From Rhodobiaceae bacterium (lineage in GTDB: Bacteria; Pseudomonadota; Alphaproteobacteria; Rhizobiales; JANQQB01): a stretch of DNA of 64,000 nt. The notes under the pieces are model-generated. The model did not search any database, had not been told where the DNA came from, and saw only the letters and a list, made by a program, of their open reading frames with translations. Of the stretch, positions 49,830 through 59,828 are shown piece after piece. Made by a program: the position numbers and the translations under genes. The number at the start of each line of letters is the position of its first letter. Within the stretch, counting starts at the first letter, position 1. The stretch lies in assembly GCA_028285165.1 (NCBI GenBank), contig JANQQB010000278.1, positions 394-64,393 on the forward strand, read 5' to 3'.

Positions 49830-50651
49830 TCAGACCAGATCCGGCTGTCCGTCCCGACGCAGCCAGAAGCAGCCGCCACCGCGTTGAAAACTGTTGCCGA
49901 AGGTGTCACGCGGGCAGACCGCCTCCATTGCATTCTGGATGTCCGGATCATCCGCGCGGGCCAGATAGCACAAAGGCAGGATGATCGTGTCGTGCACCGG
50001 TCCGCCCAGCAGATAGGTGGCCAGCATATACTGCTCATTGTACAGCCTGCCTGCCCAACCGTCCGGATAATCATAAGGCAGGAAAATATCATGGAATCCG
50101 AAGACGATTCCTTTCGGCAGCGTGGGAAGAAGTTCGGTAAAACAAACGGTCACGTCTGAGTTTTGAAGGCTCCTGTGGGAGTTGTCGATAAAGACGATAT
50201 CGTTCTCCGACAGGAAGTCATATTTCGCGAGATCGACGTTCTCAAATCTGTTTCGGATGACCTCATCGCAAATGGAGTCGATTTCTTCGCGCGGTTCCGG
50301 ATCGATCGAAATGATTTTGGTTTCCGGCGACCGGTTTCGAACCGCGAGTCTCGCAAATTTCGTCGAATTTCCAGACCCCACTTCGAGGTAGAATTTCGGT
50401 TTGTACTTGGCGATGAAGTAATAAATGGAGCAGGCGTCGAAGCCCGAGAACCATGGATTGTTCCAAAACGGCAGCGTGCCGCTGTCCTGTCCGTCAAAGC
50501 CGATCGTCTCGAAGTCGGCATTGAATGCCGCCATCTCGTTCAGAAGCTGAACAAAAGCCACGTCGTGCTTCTGAATGATCCGGTCGACAAACCTGTTCTT
50601 TTCACGGGTCTTCAGGTTGTAGCTATAGTCGACGATTTTCGCCTGCAGCAT
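49830..50651 (-). CDS. Class I SAM-dependent methyltransferase (Methyltransf_24-like)
   Basis: LEVGSGNST, SIDPEPR, FIDNSH, HDIFLPYDYP, NEQY; more AT-rich than its neighbours. Confidence 0.85.
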   Translation of the reverse strand: MLQAKIVDYSYNLKTREKNRFVDRIIQKHDVAFVQLLNEMAAFNADFETIGFDGQDSGTLPFWNNPWFSGFDACSIYYFIAKYKPKFYLEVGSGNSTKFARLAVRNRSPETKIISIDPEPREEIDSICDEVIRNRFENVDLAKYDFLSENDIVFIDNSHRSLQNSDVTVCFTELLPTLPKGIVFGFHDIFLPYDYPDGWAGRLYNEQYMLATYLLGGPVHDTIILPLCYLARADDPDIQNAMEAVCPRDTFGNSFQRGGGCFWLRRDGQPDLV

Positions 50652-50786
50652 GTCGGAGCTTTCGGTCGGAACAGAAGTCGTTGTTCTGCGTATAGACCGA
50701 TCGCGGCGGCCAGGCCATCGATGGATAATACTTTGCGTTGTTTATCCCAAGGTCGAACCCGGCGCCTGCATGCATGATCAGCAAAT

Positions 50787-51269
50787 CTAATCTTCGTCCG
50801 GAAGGCTCTTTTCGGCGTTCCAGAATTCAAGATACTCTCCATTTCCGAGATTGTTCGAATCCTTTTCGACAATCGTGTAGCCGAGACTTTCGTAAAACTT
50901 TCGGGATATCAACGAAACGTGCAGCCGGATTTGCCGGTGGCCGGCTTTTCGCGCACCGTCTTCCAGATCTCGCATCAGGCGTCTGCCCAATCCGTGGCCC
51001 TGAAAGGAAGGGCGAACGAACACGGCTGAAATCTTGTCTCCGACAAGACTTCCGGTCGCCGCCGCGACGCCGTTGACTTCGGCCAGCAATACGAGGCCGG
51101 ACGCCGTGCGTTCGGCAATCTCGTCCGGATGATGGATCTGTTTGACAAAGGCCAGGGCACCGGGCGGATAGACGGGCGCATAGCTGACATCGACCGTTTC
51201 GCAGATCAGCTCATGCACAGCGTGGCTGTCTGCGGGATCGCAGCTTCGAACGGTCACGTGGTCGGCCAT
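50787..51269 (-). CDS. GNAT N-acetyltransferase
   Basis: VFVRPSFQGHGLGRRL, KFYESLGY motifs. Confidence 0.88.
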   Translation of the reverse strand: MADHVTVRSCDPADSHAVHELICETVDVSYAPVYPPGALAFVKQIHHPDEIAERTASGLVLLAEVNGVAAATGSLVGDKISAVFVRPSFQGHGLGRRLMRDLEDGARKAGHRQIRLHVSLISRKFYESLGYTIVEKDSNNLGNGEYLEFWNAEKSLPDED

Positions 51270-51310
51270 GGATTAAGGAAAACCTCCGGTTCCGGTACGC
51301 CAGACAGGCC

Positions 51311-52714
51311 CTATCCCGGAATCCGCAGACTGGCCCTGAGGCCGCCGAGCGGGGCGTCGGATAGTTCGACGTCGCCGCCATGGGTGCGGGCAATGTCGCG
51401 GGCGATTGCGAGGCCGAGGCCGGTTCCGGCGTCGTCCTGGTTGCGGGCCTGGTCGAGGCGCACAAACGCACGGAAGACGATTTCGCGTTTTTCCGGCGGA
51501 ATGCCGGGACCGTCATCGTCCACATTCACGGTCAGCCAGCCCTTTTCATGCGTGGCGGTGATGATGACCAGATCGCCGTAACGGCAGGCGTTGACGATCA
51601 GGTTAATGAGGCAGCGCTTGATGGCATTGGGGCGCACCGGCAGAACGGGATCGCCGGTGAAACGCACATCGACCGTTGCGCCGGTGAGTTCGGCGCCGTG
51701 GGCGAGGTCCTTCAAAACGTCCTGGATGTCGGTGTCCTGGGTGCTTTCGTCGCCATCTCCCTTGGCAAAGGCGACATAGGCCTCGAGCATTTCCTCCATC
51801 TCGGTGACGTCCTGTTTCAGGTCGCCGGTGGCCGGCGTGTCGCCGAGCAGGGCCAGTTGCAAACGGAACCGGGTGAGGATCGTGCGCAGGTCGTGGCTGA
51901 CGCCGGCCAGCATGGTGGTGCGCTGTTCGATCTGGCGTTCGATGCGCCGGCGCATTTCGATGAAGGCCTGGGAGGCCCGGCGCACCTCGCGGGCACCGCG
52001 CGGTTCGAAATCGGGCACATTACGCCCCTTGCCGAATCCCTCCGCCGCATCTGCCAGCCGTTCGATCGGCCGAATTTGGTTGCGCAGGAACAGGATCGCG
52101 ACGCCGATGAGCACCACCGACGTGCCGATCATCCATGCCAGGAAGATATGGGTGTTGGACGCATAGGTCTGGCTGCGCCGAGCCAGGATGCGCAGGTTCG
52201 CCTCGTCGAGCTTGATCTGGATTTCGACGAATTTCGAGCGGCCGATCGTATCGATCCAGAACGGCCTGCCGATCCGGTCCGACAATTCGCGGCTCAGCGC
52301 CTGGTCGAGCAGCGAAAAGAATTGTTTGGGTTTCGGCGACGGCAGCGGGCCCGGCGGCAGCACGGCGATCGACAGGTTCAGTTGTTCGTCGGCAAGCCGG
52401 GTGACGGTCCGGTATCCGGGATCCTGGTCATAGGTTTCCAAGACTTCGATGATCGCCGCAATGCTGCGCACCGTGGCGCTCGACAGCCGGGTCGTGACCC
52501 GGTCCCAGTGGCGCTCCATGAAGACGAAGGCGATCACGGATTGCAGAATGACAATCGGCACGATGATGATCAGCAGGGAACGGGTATAGAGACCCTTCGG
52601 GAGAAGCCGGGAGAAGAAGCCCCTGGAGCGTTCGCGCGATGGCGACGCGGGCACCCCGGACGAAGGCGCAAGCGTTCCGGGCGGAGGACCCGCCGATGCA
52701 TCCGTCGTGCTCAT
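51311..52714 (-). CDS. EnvZ-like sensor histidine kinase
   Basis: 2 TM helices, HAMP, SHDLRT H-box, NLIVNA, DDDGPG, GTGLGL; start at ATG 52714. Confidence 0.93.
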   Translation of the reverse strand: MSTTDASAGPPPGTLAPSSGVPASPSRERSRGFFSRLLPKGLYTRSLLIIIVPIVILQSVIAFVFMERHWDRVTTRLSSATVRSIAAIIEVLETYDQDPGYRTVTRLADEQLNLSIAVLPPGPLPSPKPKQFFSLLDQALSRELSDRIGRPFWIDTIGRSKFVEIQIKLDEANLRILARRSQTYASNTHIFLAWMIGTSVVLIGVAILFLRNQIRPIERLADAAEGFGKGRNVPDFEPRGAREVRRASQAFIEMRRRIERQIEQRTTMLAGVSHDLRTILTRFRLQLALLGDTPATGDLKQDVTEMEEMLEAYVAFAKGDGDESTQDTDIQDVLKDLAHGAELTGATVDVRFTGDPVLPVRPNAIKRCLINLIVNACRYGDLVIITATHEKGWLTVNVDDDGPGIPPEKREIVFRAFVRLDQARNQDDAGTGLGLAIARDIARTHGGDVELSDAPLGGLRASLRIPG

Positions 52715-52810
52715 GACGTCTCCGCACGTGGGTAAATGCCACTCAATCCCTTCACGCACCACTCCTTTGCGGGGGCCGGTCGCCGGCGTCCGACGCCGGG
52801 TCCCGGGGCC

Positions 52811-53515
52811 CTAGTCCGTCATCAGCCTATAGCCGATCCCGCGCACGGTCTGCAGGTAACTCGGGTCGGCCGGATCCGGCTCGATCTTGCGACGCAACCG
52901 GTTGATCTGTACATCCGCCGTGCGCTCGCCGAGCGCGTTGCCGTCGCCGTTCAGGTCATAGCGCGACACGGTCTGTCGGGGCTGTTCGGCAAACAGTTTC
53001 AGCAATTGGCGCTCGCGATCTGTGAGGCGGATGCGTTCATCGTCGCGGTGCAGTTCAAGCCGGTCAAGGTCGAACCGGAACGGGCCGAAGGTAACGTGGC
53101 TCGGCTGATCGGCGGCAGCCGGATCGGATTGCAGGCGTTTGAAGATGTTGCTGACGCGCAGCACCAGTTCGCGCGGTTCGAACGGTTTGGTTATGTAATC
53201 GTCGGCGCCGATCTCCAGCCCGTTGATGCGGTCGTTTGCGTCCGAAAGGGCCGTCAAAAGCACGATCGGGATATCCCTTTGCCCGCGCAACCGCTTGGCA
53301 AAATCAAAACCGCTCTCGCCCGGCATCATGACGTCCAGGATCATCAGGTCGAAGTCCAGGCCGTTCAGCTTGCGGCCGGCCTCGTCCGCCGAGGCCGCTT
53401 CCGTGACCCGGTACCCGTTCTCCTTCAGATAGCTCGACAAAAGCACGCGTATGCGGCTGTCGTCGTCGACGAGCAGAATGTGGGCCGCATCGTCTTCCGG
53501 TTTTGAATGCGCCAT
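52811..53515 (-). CDS. OmpR-family response regulator (PetR-like)
   Basis: LVDDD, LDVMMPG, GADDYITKPF, winged helix with YLQTVRGIGY. Confidence 0.94.
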   Translation of the reverse strand: MAHSKPEDDAAHILLVDDDSRIRVLLSSYLKENGYRVTEAASADEAGRKLNGLDFDLMILDVMMPGESGFDFAKRLRGQRDIPIVLLTALSDANDRINGLEIGADDYITKPFEPRELVLRVSNIFKRLQSDPAAADQPSHVTFGPFRFDLDRLELHRDDERIRLTDRERQLLKLFAEQPRQTVSRYDLNGDGNALGERTADVQINRLRRKIEPDPADPSYLQTVRGIGYRLMTD

Positions 53516-53599
53516 ATCCGTCTCCACGGGTCGGCCAGCGGGGCCGTTCCGGCCGGCAGGGACCGCGTCGCGGTCCGCGATCGTGTCACGCAGGGCGAT

Positions 53600-54106
53600 C
53601 TACTTGATGACGACCTGCAACCCCTGACGCTCCGATTCATCCACCATTTCGGTCAGGAACCGACAGATGGTTTCGCGCTTTTCCGGCGAAATTGCGTTGA
53701 GCGCCTTGTCGATCCGCGCCGCCTGCGATTCCGCCAGCCGGGCTGCGAGTTCCCGCCCGCGGTCGGTCATGAACAACAAGCGTTCGCGCCGGTCGACCGG
53801 GCCCGGGCGTTGTTCGATATAGCCCTCATCGAGCAATTGTTTCAGCACCCTGCTGAGGCTCTGTTTGGTGATCTTGAGAATATCCAACAGATCGGAGACC
53901 CGCAAACCCGGGTTCAGATTGACAAAATGGATCACCCGGTGATGGGCGCGTCCGAAATTCATTGACGCCAGGATTTCATCCGGCCTGCCGACAAAATCCC
54001 GGTAGGCAAAGAACAGCAGCGACATGATATCGGCGTGCTTGATCGACGATCCGGATGTGTCGGGATCGCGGGATTGCGACATCGTCATGAAATTTACGTC
54101 AGCCAT
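53600..54106 (-). CDS. MarR-family regulator (PetP-like)
   Basis: LLFFAYRDF, FGRAHHR, LKITKQSLSRVL, DRRER; start at ATG 54106. Confidence 0.9.
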   Translation of the reverse strand: MADVNFMTMSQSRDPDTSGSSIKHADIMSLLFFAYRDFVGRPDEILASMNFGRAHHRVIHFVNLNPGLRVSDLLDILKITKQSLSRVLKQLLDEGYIEQRPGPVDRRERLLFMTDRGRELAARLAESQAARIDKALNAISPEKRETICRFLTEMVDESERQGLQVVIK

Positions 54107-54115
54107 GTTGACATA
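54095..54115. promoter_or_regulatory. Putative MarR operator overlapping its own start codon
   Basis: TACGTCA-N7-TGACATA imperfect palindrome in AT-rich flanks. Confidence 0.45.
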
Positions 54116-54319
54116 TTTTTTTTGAATGTTATTTTCCTCAAACATCGGACGACATGATCCGAAAGATTGCGCTTGTGAATTGAAATATTATTGCGATCTT
54201 TCGAATTTTTTGTCCGCGATGTCGGAAATCAGATCAACCGTTAATCGTGTCGGTGAGGTCGGTGGCCTCATCCGTTTCACTGAAATCGATACGCGCAAAC
54301 GCGGAAAGGGTAAAGTGCC

Positions 54320-55222
54320 ATGGCCGGTCAGTCGTTTGACAAGCTCAATGGTGAGATATGGTTCGACGGGACATTCGTTCCCTGGGAATCGGCAAATGTA
54401 CATGTGCTGACGCATGGCCTGCACTACGCTTCGTCGGTGTTTGAAGGCGAACGCGCCTATGGCGGACGGATCTTCAAGCTGGACGAACACACACGCCGCC
54501 TGCACGATTCCGCGACGCTGATGGGTTTCGAAATTCCGTACAGCGTGGAAGAGATCAATGCGGCCTGCGAGGCGACCCTGGCACGGATGAACCTTCAGGA
54601 CGCTTATGTCCGGCCAGTGGCCTGGCGTGGCAGCGAAATGATGGGTGTGTCGGCGCAGAACAACACGATCCACCTGGCGATCGCCGCCTGGGAATGGCCG
54701 TCCTATTTCGATCCCGCGGAACGGTTGAAGGGCATCCGGCTGCAGATTGCCGATTATTGCCGGCCGGATCCGCGCACGGCGCCGGCCAAGTCGAAGGCTG
54801 CCGGTCTCTACATGATCTGCACGCTCTCCAAACACAAGGCGGAGGCCGCCGGTTATGCCGATGCGCTGATGTTTGACTGGCGCGGACGTGTGGCCGAGGC
54901 GACCGGCGCCAACGTGTTCTTCGTCAAGGACGGCGTGTTGCACACGCCGATCCCGGATTGTTTTCTGGATGGCATCACACGGCGCACGGTGATCGATCTT
55001 GCGCATGCGCGCGGCATCGAGGTTGTCGAACGGGTGATCATGCCGGAGGAAATGGCCGATTTCGAACAATGTTTCCTGACGGGAACCGCGGTCGAAGTCA
55101 CGCCGGTGTCGGAGATCGGGCCGTATCGCTTCGAAGTCGGCGATCTCACCCGGACCCTGATGGAAGACTACAGTGCCGCGGTGCTGCCGCAGCCGGTCGC
55201 CAGTGTCGAGGCGGCTGAATAG
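54320..55222 (+). CDS. ilvE: Branched-chain amino acid aminotransferase
   Basis: HGLHYASSVFEGERAY, KAAGLY, EATGANVF, LDGITR, TGTAVEVTP motifs. Confidence 0.95.
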   Translation: MAGQSFDKLNGEIWFDGTFVPWESANVHVLTHGLHYASSVFEGERAYGGRIFKLDEHTRRLHDSATLMGFEIPYSVEEINAACEATLARMNLQDAYVRPVAWRGSEMMGVSAQNNTIHLAIAAWEWPSYFDPAERLKGIRLQIADYCRPDPRTAPAKSKAAGLYMICTLSKHKAEAAGYADALMFDWRGRVAEATGANVFFVKDGVLHTPIPDCFLDGITRRTVIDLAHARGIEVVERVIMPEEMADFEQCFLTGTAVEVTPVSEIGPYRFEVGDLTRTLMEDYSAAVLPQPVASVEAAE

Positions 55223-55290
55223 GCCGGCGGACAGGCGAACAGGCGAGGTCGGGTAACCCGATGTCTCCAGACATCTCCGGTTGACGCGGG

Positions 55291-56124
55291 TCAGGCCGCG
55301 TCGATCAGCCCGGAAATGAAGCGGTCGGTCCTGTCCGGTCCGACCGTCGCCTGGCGGATCAGAAAATCGAAATGGCGGATCAGCGACTGGATCTGGTCCA
55401 CCGAATTGATCACGACATAGGATCCGCCGACATAGAGCGCTGCGCGCAGCGGTCCGAAAATCGTGTAGGGCGCTGAAAAGACCGTCCGGCCGTCGAACAG
55501 GAACAGCCGGAACGTCGGATACAATTCGTCGAGCAGCGTGCGCATGTGCTCCAATTGCCGGACCCGGACCGGATCGGGGATGCCCGACCACACGGAATGG
55601 CCGGCGGCGAAGTCCTCGATCACCTGTACCGGCATGCAGCACTCGATGTCCGTCTCGGTGAGGCGCGACAGGGCGACCTGGCGGCGCGACCGGGCCAGTG
55701 TCTCGTCATATCCCATCTCGCCGTATTCCTGCGAAATCAGGGATTCGTGGCGCAGGATTTCCGGCAACAGCGCGGGCACATAGCGGATCTTGTAGCCGCT
55801 CGCCTCCCGATACCAGCGTTCCAGCGGCGTGTGGCCGCTGTCGTCTTCGGCCAGTTCGATTTCGACCGACGGGGCGACCTCGGTGACGGTCTCGCTGGAC
55901 TGGCTGAGGCCCAGCAGCCAGTCGAGGCTGACATTCTTGGCCTCGGCGATGCGATGCAGGGTTTCCGCCCGCGGCAGGCGGATCTGGGCGGGGGCGAGGA
56001 ACTGGCTGAGGGCCGACCGGTCGAGGCCGACATCTTTTGAAAACTGCGCGAGGTTGCCGCCATCGGCTGCGATCAGTTGGCCGAGGCGCTGGCGAAACAG
56101 ATGGGTAAGGTCGCGTTTGTCCAT
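55291..56124 (-). CDS. XRE-family HTH regulator with a large C-terminal domain
   Basis: GLDRSALSQF..RLPRAE..VSLDWLLGL HTH; YKIRYVP; LYPTFRLFLFDG. Confidence 0.85.
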   Translation of the reverse strand: MDKRDLTHLFRQRLGQLIAADGGNLAQFSKDVGLDRSALSQFLAPAQIRLPRAETLHRIAEAKNVSLDWLLGLSQSSETVTEVAPSVEIELAEDDSGHTPLERWYREASGYKIRYVPALLPEILRHESLISQEYGEMGYDETLARSRRQVALSRLTETDIECCMPVQVIEDFAAGHSVWSGIPDPVRVRQLEHMRTLLDELYPTFRLFLFDGRTVFSAPYTIFGPLRAALYVGGSYVVINSVDQIQSLIRHFDFLIRQATVGPDRTDRFISGLIDAA

Positions 56125-56279
56125 TCTTTGAATTTCAGCGTTTCCACAACATTTGTGTGAATATACATCATTTTCAAATTTCCGCTGCGTAAATGTATCT
56201 GCGTTTGTAAATTCTCACATTGTCGTGAAACGAACCCTGCCGGCACAGTGTACGCGGTGCAACGGGTCGGGAAACAAGG

Positions 56280-57182
56280 ATGCGACGACGATTTCAAACC
56301 GAATGGCCAACCTGGATGATCCTGACATTGTGCTGGTCGGCATGGATTGGGATCCTTTTGAACGCCGATGCTCTCGGCATCCCGGTCAGCACGGCTTTGC
56401 TGGCCCTGTGTCTCGGGCTCTATTCCTCGCTGCAGCATGAAATTCTGCACGGCCATCCGACGGCGTCGGAACGCCTCAATACGCTGATCGCCCTGCCGCC
56501 CCTCGGCGTGTTCATTCCCTATCCGCGGTTCAGGGATCTGCACCTGGCGCACCATCGCAACGATGCGCTCACCGATCCGTACGACGATCCGGAGAGCTAT
56601 TACGTGCATCCCGAGGACTGGGCCCGGTTTCCGGGTCTCTGGCGGGTCATTCTCCAGATCAACAACACGCTTGCCGGCCGCATCCTGATCGGCCCGGCGC
56701 TGGGACTGTGCGGGTTCTGGCGTGCCGAACTCCGGCGCCTTCATAAGGGTGACCGGGCCGTCTTAGGGGCCTGGTGCCTGCAGGCCGCGCTTCTCCTGCC
56801 GTTCGGCGCTTTCGTCTGGAGCGTCTCGGCCCTGCCGGTCGGCGCCTATCTGGTTGCCGCCTATGCCGGCATGTCGATCATTCATGTGCGCACTTTTGTC
56901 GAACACCGCGCGCATCCGGAAGCGCCCGCCCGCACGGTCATCATCGAGGATCGCGGGCTGTTCGCCTTCCTGTTCCTCAACAACAATTTCCACGCCGTGC
57001 ACCACGTCCGGCCGTCACTGCCTTGGTATGCGATCCCGGGCTTTTATGCCCGGCACCGCGACCGAATCCTGGCCCGAAATCGCGGATATTGGTACCGGTC
57101 CTATGCCGATGTCTTCCGGCTTTATGCGTTTCGCCCCAAGGAGCCTGTACCACATCCGTTGGTCGGTCGGGAGGCACCGTGA
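56280..57182 (+). CDS. Membrane fatty acid desaturase-family diiron enzyme
   Basis: His boxes QHEILHGH, HLAHH and HAVHH; EWPT N-terminus; DPES. Confidence 0.9.
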   Translation: MRRRFQTEWPTWMILTLCWSAWIGILLNADALGIPVSTALLALCLGLYSSLQHEILHGHPTASERLNTLIALPPLGVFIPYPRFRDLHLAHHRNDALTDPYDDPESYYVHPEDWARFPGLWRVILQINNTLAGRILIGPALGLCGFWRAELRRLHKGDRAVLGAWCLQAALLLPFGAFVWSVSALPVGAYLVAAYAGMSIIHVRTFVEHRAHPEAPARTVIIEDRGLFAFLFLNNNFHAVHHVRPSLPWYAIPGFYARHRDRILARNRGYWYRSYADVFRLYAFRPKEPVPHPLVGREAP

Positions 57183-57964
57183 CGGCGCCAGCGGGCGCGG
57201 CCCGGCTGCAACCGGAACCGGGTCCCGCCCTGTTGCCCATGTATGACTGGCCGGAAGTGCGCTGGGCCACCGACGCGCTGTGGCAGGCCATCCGCAAGGC
57301 CAGCCTGCGGGCGGGCCTTGCCGCGCCCGGGACGCTGCTACGGCGCCCGGGCCTGCTCGATCAATGGCTCGATCCGGACCTGTTCCTTGCCCAGACCTGC
57401 GGTCTGCCCTTTGCCCGCCATCTGCGCGGACGGGTCCGGCTGCTTGGGTCGCCGGCCTACGCGCTGGAAGGGTGCCGACCCGGCGATTATTACAGCGTCA
57501 TCGTCGTGCGGCAGACGGACCCGATCGAAAAAACGAAAGACCTGGGGCCCGGCCACCGCTTTGCCTTCAATGGCATTGAATCGCAAAGCGGGTTTCGGGC
57601 CATGCGATTGCTGCTGGAACCCGGCGGACGGAATGCCGACTGGCTCGTCGGGGGGTGCCGGACCGGTTCGCACCGCGCCTCGATCCAGGCGGTGGCGGAC
57701 GGCGTTGCCGATTTTGCCGCGATCGACGCGGTCAGCTGGTTCCTGGCCGGACACCATGAACCGGCATCCCGAAACCTGCGCGTCCTTGCGCGGACCCCGA
57801 CCACGCCCGGCCTGCCCTTCATCACCAGCCTCAACCGTGGCGGCGCCCCGCTGGTCGATGCCTTGGCCGATGCCCTGGAAACGCTGGAACCGCGCGTCGG
57901 CGCAGCGCTCGGCATCTGCGGCTTCCGGCGTCGAGGGGAGGCGGATTACGACGGCATGGCCTAG
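57179..57964 (+). CDS. PhnD/SsuA-like substrate-binding-fold protein without a signal peptide
   Basis: LPMYD, QTCGLP, YYSVIVV, SQSG, TGSHRAS, AAIDAVSW; GTGA coupling to the desaturase. Confidence 0.82.
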   Translation: MTAPAGAARLQPEPGPALLPMYDWPEVRWATDALWQAIRKASLRAGLAAPGTLLRRPGLLDQWLDPDLFLAQTCGLPFARHLRGRVRLLGSPAYALEGCRPGDYYSVIVVRQTDPIEKTKDLGPGHRFAFNGIESQSGFRAMRLLLEPGGRNADWLVGGCRTGSHRASIQAVADGVADFAAIDAVSWFLAGHHEPASRNLRVLARTPTTPGLPFITSLNRGGAPLVDALADALETLEPRVGAALGICGFRRRGEADYDGMA

Positions 57965-58032
57965 CGACCCGGCGTCCCCAGACTCCGACCTGACCTGCAC
58001 CAACCGCCGAACTCGTCGCCGGTCGGTGGTCT

Positions 58033-59319
58033 TTATGTGGGCCCCAGAAAGAAGTTCGGCAGAAACAGCGAGACGGCCGGTACGGTGGCGAGGATCGCCA
58101 GCACGATCACGAGCGGGATGAAATAGGGGATCACCGCGCTTACGATTTCCTCAAACGGAGCGCCGGAGAGGCGCGCCACGATGAACAGGCCGAGCCCGAG
58201 CGGCGGCGTTGCCAGGCCGAGGATCAGCGACATCTGCAACACGATGCCGAAATGCACCCGGTCGATGGCGTAGGCATCGACCAATGGCAGCAGGATGGGC
58301 ACCAGAAGCAGCTTGATCGTCACGCCGTCGATGAAGCAGCCCAGAAGCAGGACCGAGATCATCACCGCCAGAAGAAACAGGAGCGGTGTGTCGATCATGC
58401 CCGGAATGGCGCGGGCCATGTCCTGGGGAATCTGTTCGATCGCCATCAGCCAGCCCATGCTGGCCGCAAAACCGATGATGAGCATGATCATGGACGTGAT
58501 CAGCACCGTCTCCGTCAGCGCCTTGACCAGGGCCTGCCATGTCAGCGTGCGCAGGATCGCGCCGAGAAAGATGACATAGGCACAGGCCAGCACACCGGCC
58601 TCGGATGCCGTCGCAATGCCGCTCAGGATGCCGCCCATGATGATTGCCGGGGCGACCAGGGCGGCCGCGCCGGCAAGTGTATGGCTCCAGATTTCCTTCA
58701 GCGACGCGCGTTCCTGGGTCGGAAAGTCCTGGCGGGTCGCGAGATACCGGTTGAACACCATCAGGCTCAGCGCGACCAGCAATCCCGGCCCAATGCCCGC
58801 AAGGAACATGCGCGCGACCGAGACATTGGCCAGGAACGCATAGACGACAAGCGGTATGGAGGGCGGGATGAACGGCGCGACGATTGCGGAGACAACTGTG
58901 ATCGCCGAGGCAAAGGATGCCTTGTAACCCTTCTCGCGCATGGCACGGATTTCAACGGCGCCGAGCCCGGCGATATCCGCCGTTGCCGCGCCTGTGCCAC
59001 CGGCGAGCATGACGGATGCGAGCACGTTCACCTGCGCCAGCCCGGCGCGGAAATGCCCCACCAGCGCATTGGCGAGATTGAAGATGCGCTCCGTCACACC
59101 GATGGCGTTCATCAGATTGCCGGCGAGCACGAAGAACGGGATTGCCAGCAGCGAGGCGTGCGAGGCCGCTTCCAGCGCCTTCATGGGCACGATCCAGAGC
59201 GTGCCGCCGAAACCGGCAAGAACCAGCGCGCCGACGACGGCAACCCCGATGGCCATGATGACCGGCGTGCGCAGCGCGATCAGACCCAGAAAGACGCCGA
59301 AAAGCGCGACCGCTGTCAC
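58033..59319 (-). CDS. TRAP transporter large permease (DctM)
   Basis: LLAIPFFVLAGNLM, GLAQVNV, IPPSIP, TASEA, VHFG, TPPLG motifs. Confidence 0.95.
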   Translation of the reverse strand: MTAVALFGVFLGLIALRTPVIMAIGVAVVGALVLAGFGGTLWIVPMKALEAASHASLLAIPFFVLAGNLMNAIGVTERIFNLANALVGHFRAGLAQVNVLASVMLAGGTGAATADIAGLGAVEIRAMREKGYKASFASAITVVSAIVAPFIPPSIPLVVYAFLANVSVARMFLAGIGPGLLVALSLMVFNRYLATRQDFPTQERASLKEIWSHTLAGAAALVAPAIIMGGILSGIATASEAGVLACAYVIFLGAILRTLTWQALVKALTETVLITSMIMLIIGFAASMGWLMAIEQIPQDMARAIPGMIDTPLLFLLAVMISVLLLGCFIDGVTIKLLLVPILLPLVDAYAIDRVHFGIVLQMSLILGLATPPLGLGLFIVARLSGAPFEEIVSAVIPYFIPLVIVLAILATVPAVSLFLPNFFLGPT

Positions 59320-59828
59320 GAGACCGCCTTCTGGTCGTCGGTGATGTCCAGCAAGGCGCGAATGGAGCTACGCAACCGCAATACGAACTCGATCGCGATC
59401 AGAAAACACGACAGGAAGAACGGAACGGCGAGCCAGTAGCGCTGGATTCCAATCAGATCGATCGTGCCGACCTGTCGTGGCACAAGGACCGGCGCCTGGG
59501 CCAGAACCAGCACCATCAACGCAATGACAATCACTGCGACAAACGCTTCGGTCGCCGCACGCAGGCGCTCCGGCATGCGCCGGGTCAGGATGTCGATCGC
59601 AACATCCTGGCCGCGCCGGTAGATGACGAAGAACGAAAAGAAGATCACCCAGACGAAGAAGACGCCGGTGAGCGGAAACGCCCAGATGATTGCCTTATCG
59701 AAGAGCAGGCGCGACGCAATGTTGATGAAATTGATCACCAACATTGCGAAGAGAAGGGAATTGGCGATGAACAGGAAGGCCTTTTCCGCCAGTGCCAGGC
59801 ATCTTTCGATGCCCTGGACAAGCCTCAC
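59316..59828 (-). CDS. TRAP transporter small permease (DctQ)
   Basis: 4 TM helices, located between dctP and dctM with overlapping stop/start codons. Confidence 0.9.
   Translation of the reverse strand: MRLVQGIERCLALAEKAFLFIANSLLFAMLVINFINIASRLLFDKAIIWAFPLTGVFFVWVIFFSFFVIYRRGQDVAIDILTRRMPERLRAATEAFVAVIVIALMVLVLAQAPVLVPRQVGTIDLIGIQRYWLAVPFFLSCFLIAIEFVLRLRSSIRALLDITDDQKAVS

Noticed and set aside
52771-52811. GC-rich hairpin between the response regulator and the kinase as a REP/MITE
   Set aside because: Single copy in the window with no shared sequence with the other hairpins.
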